The position numbers and the translations under genes were made by a program. A stretch of 62,334 nucleotides of DNA, filler included. It is 11 parts of 11 records of this genome, joined end to end, with 100 filler letters (N's around TTAATTAATTAA, not from the genome) between each part and the next. Parts side by side here need not be neighbours in the genome. Positions count along the whole stretch, not along the records: positions 59,304 to 62,334 come from SRR7504441_3971; 10 more parts are not named here. One strand, 5' to 3'. Shown here one piece after another: positions 59,415 through 62,334 of the stretch (position 1 is the stretch's first letter; each line of letters opens with the position of its first letter). The notes below the pieces were generated by a model. The model was not told where the DNA came from. It did not search any database and saw only the letters and a list, made by a program, of their open reading frames with translations.

Positions 59415-62334
59415 ATGCTGCCTCCGTTGCCGGCGCGGCCGCCGGGGCAACAGGACTGGCTGCTGTACAAGGAGGAGGTCTACCGGGAGCTGGCCAGCTC
59501 GGACGAGGATAGAGTCCGGTGCCAAGCCCCGGGCCCGGCCGGTCAGGGCTGGGCTGCAGGCTGCGGGACGAGCTCGAGCGGCTGCTCGAGGCGCTCACCT
59601 CCCGGGCCGACCGGCGGGACGCGCTGCACAGCACCAACGGCAAGATCCAGGAGTGGCGCCAGCGCAACCGGGGGATGTGGCTGGAGGGGCTAGAGATCGA
59701 GTGCCGGCTGCTGGCCACCGGCGCCCGGTTTTACCAAGCCAAGCTGCAGGCGATGGCCGCTCAGCGCGAGGCGGCGGAGATCGTCGACCGGCAGCAGGCG
59801 ATCCAGCGGCTACTCGACCAGCTGGATCGGGCCCGGGGCCGGCTTGCCGAGCTGCTCGGCCAGTCGGCGGACGGGCGGGCGATCCTGGACCGGACGGACC
59901 GGCTGCACCCGTGGGCGGAGGCGGCGCCGGAGCCGGCGGAGCAGCTCAAAGTGGGGGCGCTGGTCTCGTTCGGGACGATTCTGAACAGCTGGAGCCTAGC
60001 GATGTCGGGGGTGATGATCAACAGGTGAAACGTGAGCCTTGGGCTGGGCTGATGGAGCCAGGTGGATCCTGGCCATGGAGAGCCAGCTGGACAAGACCGC
60101 CTGGCTGGACAAGATGAGCACCCAGTTCGGGCTGGCGCACATCCAGGCGGTCGAGGCGGCCGACACCAGCCTAGCTGACCAGATCAGGACCGAGCTTCAG
60201 GCGTCCGATCTGTAATCCAATCGGCTGACTCGGGCGGCAGGGGTTCGCGACCAAGCGGGAGAAGCTTTTAAAGTACTCGGTGCCGGTGCCCGAGCCGCCT
60301 GACCCTTGGGAGGACGAGCCGCCGCCGTCGCCCAAGATGACGCCCGAGGCTCTAGGGATGCTCCAGGGCAGGGTTATGGACACCGAGATGGCAAAGGCCA
60401 AGCTGGTGGACCAACAGCAGACCTCGCTCAGCCCGCAGATCGGGCAGGTAGAGCTGGAGGCCGACGAGCTGGCCCGGAGCCTCAGGCAGCAGGAGCTCAA
60501 GGTGGCTCGGCTCGGGAATAAACTCAAGACCTCGTACTTTGGGCTGCAGCAGAAGAAGCAGGAGGCCGGCCCGGCCATGATCGGGCTGGAGGAGATGCTG
60601 CTCGACAAGCAGATCCAGTGCGGCAGTCTGTGCTCGATCATGGCTCGGGGCCGCGCGCTCGCACACACTGGGCAGGCCCAGATCGAGCGCGCTGTTGAGT
60701 ATCTGCTCCTGCTGGCTGGCGCGGCCAGGGCAGCCGGTGTGCTGCCAGCGGTGGTGGAGCAGGTGGACCAGGCGTTGGCCGAGCTGGTTTCGGCCCGGGT
60801 TGAGCTGCTTGGCGAGCAGAAGCTCGAGCGGACTCCCGGGATTGAGCGGCTGTGGGCAGAGGCCCAGGCCGACACGCTCCAGCTCGTCCAGCCAATCGAT
60901 CCAGGCATCCAACGGGTGCTAGGGCCCGACCTGCCCTCCTCGGGCGAGCTGAGGCTGCTAGTGGCGGCGCTCCAAGCCGCGCTGTCCGAGCCAGGAGTGC
61001 AGCAGGAGGTGATGGTACGAGGCTGCCTGCTGAGGATTGTGGTGCTAGTAGAAGAGCTGCTGCTGCTGAGCAGCGAACACGAGGCTTGGGAGCTCAAACT
61101 GGCGCTCGGACAGCAGCACTTTCGAAAGGTGTGTGATCAAGTGCCAATTGCAAGCGAGTCAGAGCCAGCAGTCGAGCAAGCCGAGCTTGGCATTATCCAA
61201 GACAAGATTCTGTCGGACGCTGGGTATCCTTTGCTGCCTCTGATCAAACAGGCGCGAACCGAGACAAGCCAACGGGCTGTGGTTGAGGCGCTGCTTGGGC
61301 TGTGTGATATGATGGACTCAGCAATTGAGAGATGGGTGCACAAGCTGTCCAACAGTCTCCGGCAGGACTTGAACGTCATTGTGCAAAACATATACCAGCT
61401 GCCAGAGAGCGGTTGGCATCAGGTTGGAGGGATGGTCACAGCCATTGGCCAGATCCTTGGGTCTATTGAGGCGGAAGTGACTCAAGAAGCGATCTTGCCA
61501 CTGGTGGATACTGCCAGCAGATTGCTAAATGCCTGGCAGAGTGATCCAAGCATGGCAACAGCTTTGGCAACTATGAAGAATATAGACTCAAAACTGGCCT
61601 CTGTCAAAGCTGTGCAGGCTGAGATGGCAGTGACCGATGAGGAAAAGCAGGAAGTCTGCATGCTCCGTGATGCAATCAGAGCGGAGGCCGGCCAGCCACT
61701 TGTTGATGAGACTTCAGATCACAGTGCCGAAAACTCAGATTCGAGGTACGGCTCGTTTGGTGTAAATGGGACAGATCTAGAAGTAATGGATTTAGACTCC
61801 TCCAGGCTAGGTGACTCATATACTGGTGACGACAGCCGAACGTCATTTCGCTTTGGAACAGATGTGCTCTGGCGCACTTCGCTAGGTTCTGTTGTGTTCA
61901 TGCGACTTGTGAACATAGTTCACATGGAGTCAATGATAATAATGGAACTCATGGACAACAATGATGACTTTTGTCTCGAGGCCAAGGAGTTTGACCAGTA
62001 TCTGCAGAAGACCTTGCTCGTTTCGCTTAAAAAGGGATTGGCCGGTCTTTACGACATACGCCGTCATGACTTGCGGTCGGCCAATGGCATGCTTTCAGGG
62101 ATGCTTAGTGGTCTGCCCGAGAAATGCGATCAGCGCTTAGCACACAAGATGCAACTCTTAAACCATCGGATTGCTACCAGCATTGCCTTATTTGGGAGTT
62201 TTCGAGGAATACAGAGTGTGCATGCTCTCGTGTTCAGCCTACTAGAATGGCGATCGCAGGTTCGGGACAACGGTGGTCTGGTTGGCGATGGCCCAGGAGG
62301 CTTATGGGAGGCTGTGCGGATCGGGAAGCACGAG
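59415..62334 (+). CDS. Large hypothetical helical protein, open to window end
   Basis: ATG 59415 and three short introns (last 60201-60240, GC-AG), then an open frame from 60241 to the window edge. The ORF track omits it because it has no stop. Confidence 0.65.

Overview
This is eukaryotic (protist) nuclear DNA, not a continuous locus. It consists of 11 short contigs joined by artificial 100-nt linkers (44 N + TTAATTAATTAA + 44 N). The genome is very gene-dense, uses the standard code, and carries many short (mostly 38-50 nt) spliceosomal introns, which is why the ORF track is fragmented. Recognisable genes: RPT1/PSMC2, UPF2, an EF-hand/B-box coiled-coil protein, a GT60 GlcNAc-transferase, SVIP-like, SNRNP27, EFHC1/Rib72 (broken), a giant TSP1/coiled-coil/Cys-rich secreted protein, NDUFC2, a bacterial-type ceramidase-like hydrolase, a Tim44-like protein, extended synaptotagmin, a bacterial-type ABC substrate-binding protein, pyruvate kinase with a presequence, a CX5R phosphatase, GlnRS, an ankyrin protein, centrin, GH32 and DNA ligase III. 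The most striking anomaly is the EFHC1/Rib72 locus (21857-22499). Its start and probable end are intact on the minus strand, most of the gene is missing, and two originally adjacent ~170-bp coding blocks sit between them, each individually inverted. Other notable features are frequent weak-consensus GC-AG introns, very short head-to-head gene spacing, palindrome-rich spacers and several candidate bacterial gene transfers. All family calls come from motif recognition by eye; no searches were run.
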